Part shown: positions 30,849 through 32,000 of the stretch, piece after piece
Layout: every line of letters starts with the position of its first letter
How positions within the stretch are numbered: the first letter of the stretch is position 1
From: Kineococcus radiotolerans SRS30216 = ATCC BAA-149
Lineage (GTDB): Bacteria > Actinomycetota > Actinomycetes > Actinomycetales > Kineococcaceae
Length of the DNA: 32,000 bases
Assembly (NCBI RefSeq): GCF_000017305.1
Contig: NC_009664.2
Coordinates: 4,290,001-4,322,000, forward strand
Direction: 5' to 3'
Program-made: the position numbers and the translations under genes
Notes under the pieces: model-generated
Seen by the model: the letters and a program-made list of their open reading frames with translations, nothing else
Databases searched by the model: none
Told to the model about the DNA's origin: nothing

Positions 30849-32000
30849 GTGGACACCACCTCGAAGACCACCGTGGAGGACGGAACGACCACGCCCGTCG
30901 ACCGGCGTCCGGTCGACCACCCCCTGGTGGAGGTGCCTGACGCCGAGCTCGAGGACCTGCGCGCCCGGCTGCGGTCGACCAGGTGGGCCGCGCCGTGGCC
31001 TGCTCCGGGCCGAGAGCCGTGGCAGGCGGGCACCGACGGGGACGAACTGCGCCGCCTGGTCGCCTACTGGGCCGACGGCTACGACTGGCGCCGGTACGAG
31101 GCCCGGATCAACGCGCTGCCCTCCCACGTCGCCGACATCGACGGCACGCGCATCCACTACCTGCGCTTCGACGCTGAAGGGGGCCAGGAGGATCAGGGAG
31201 ACCAGGGAGGTCGCGGCGCGCGACGGGCCCTGCCGATCGTGCTGACAAACGGCTGGCCCAGCACCTTCTACGAACTGGTGGAGCTCGCCCAGCGGCTCTC
31301 GGCTCCCTCCCGCTTCGGCGGCGACCCCCGGGACGCCTTCACCGTCATCGCGCCGTCGCTGCCCGGTTTCACCTTCTCCACCCAGCGCCCCAGCCTGGAT
31401 CGTGCGCTGCCGACGCACGAGTCGTGGCACCGCCTCGTGCACGACGTCCTCGGCTTCCCTCGCTACGGCGCCCACGGCGGGGACCTCGGTGCGGGCATCA
31501 CCGGCTGGCTGGCTCAGGCCCACCCGGAGGCCGTGGTCGGGATCCACCTCCTCGACGTCGATCGCACCCCGCCCGCCGACGCCACCGGCCTGACCGCTGA
31601 GGAACGCGCCTACCTGGACGCGATGGCGACCTGGTCGGCGGAGGAGGGCGCTTACGCCCACCAGCACAGCACCCGCCCGCTGACCCTGGCCCAGGCGCTG
31701 AGCGATTCCCCCTCGGGCCTGCTGGCCTGGATCCTGGAGAAGTACCGGGCCTGGAGCGACTGCGGCGGGCAGGTGTCCTCCCGCTTCAGCGACGACTTCC
31801 TGCTCACCCAGGCCTCGCTGTACTGGTTCACCGCCACCATCTCCACCTCGTTGCGGCCCTACTACGAACGCGCCCACGACCTCGCACCGACGCTGGACCG
31901 GGTGCAGGTCCCGACCGCTGTCGCGGTGTTCCCCGCCGACCTGGGCGCCGCGCCACCTCCGAGCTGGGTCCGCCGCCGCTACGACCTCGCCCGGTACACG
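30849..32000 (+). CDS. Epoxide hydrolase (EHN N-terminal domain plus alpha/beta hydrolase), 3' end beyond the window
   Basis: Absent from the ORF track because it has no stop in the window. My translation from GTG 30849 (GGAGGG 6 nt upstream): VDTTSKTTVEDGTTTPVDRRPVDHPLVEVPDAELEDLRARLRSTRWAAPWP...DGYDWRRYEARINALPSHVADIDGTRIHYLRF...LTNGWPSTFYE...PSLPGFTFS...YGAHGGDLGAGIT...YAHQHSTRPLTLAQALSDSPSGLLAWILEKY... The frame is open for 384 codons to base 32000. Confidence 0.85.
   Translation, partial: MDTTSKTTVEDGTTTPVDRRPVDHPLVEVPDAELEDLRARLRSTRWAAPWPAPGREPWQAGTDGDELRRLVAYWADGYDWRRYEARINALPSHVADIDGTRIHYLRFDAEGGQEDQGDQGGRGARRALPIVLTNGWPSTFYELVELAQRLSAPSRFGGDPRDAFTVIAPSLPGFTFSTQRPSLDRALPTHESWHRLVHDVLGFPRYGAHGGDLGAGITGWLAQAHPEAVVGIHLLDVDRTPPADATGLTAEERAYLDAMATWSAEEGAYAHQHSTRPLTLAQALSDSPSGLLAWILEKYRAWSDCGGQVSSRFSDDFLLTQASLYWFTATISTSLRPYYERAHDLAPTLDRVQVPTAVAVFPADLGAAPPPSWVRRRYDLARYT

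Overview
This is a very GC-rich window (above 70% G+C by eye, with third codon positions of real genes almost all G/C), typical of a high-GC actinobacterial chromosome. Most long ORFs in the six-frame track are Arg/Pro/Gly-rich antisense or off-frame shadows. I kept about 27 coding regions that have recognisable family motifs, a sensible start or Shine-Dalgarno (SD) sequence, and high GC3.

The content is a mosaic of small regulator-plus-oxidoreductase or transporter modules:
- MmyB-like regulator <> Zn-ADH + cupin
- Tat-signal ADH + cyclophilin-like-fold secreted protein
- AraC <> SDR-fold protein + polyol dehydrogenase
- TetR <> two tandem aldo/keto reductases
- DeoR <> LacI remnant + MFS transporter
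- atypical SDR; small acidic protein; second DeoR
- secreted LGFP-repeat protein
- quinone-oxidoreductase-like MDR, DUF4865, MFS and NudK-like Nudix, all co-directional
- Tat-lipoprotein beta-carbonic anhydrase
- an orphan 141-aa protein
- DUF3500 lipoprotein
- xylose-isomerase-like TIM-barrel protein
- Tat-signal metallophosphoesterase-LamG fusion
- CGNR zinc-finger regulator <> epoxide hydrolase (runs off the 3' end)

I found no rRNA, tRNA, CRISPR array, transposase, integrase, phage gene or recognisable defence or toxin system. I do not see one compelling novel multi-gene system.

The observations most worth follow-up are:
1. A twin-arginine-signal NAD(P)-type alcohol dehydrogenase tightly coupled to a secreted cyclophilin-like protein.
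2. An SDR-fold protein whose Ser-Tyr-Lys triad reads Ala-Ala-Asn, and a second SDR lacking YxxxK.
3. A NudK homologue with a ~110-aa in-frame extension that carries its own SD+ATG.
4. A DUF4865 gene overlapping an MFS gene by GTGA.
5. A thrice-repeated CGACACCAG motif between the CGNR regulator and the epoxide hydrolase.
6. Several unexplained 0.45-0.7 kb gaps containing G-quadruplex-type repeats, strong hairpins and coding-like remnants.

All family calls come from motif recognition by eye. No database search was run.
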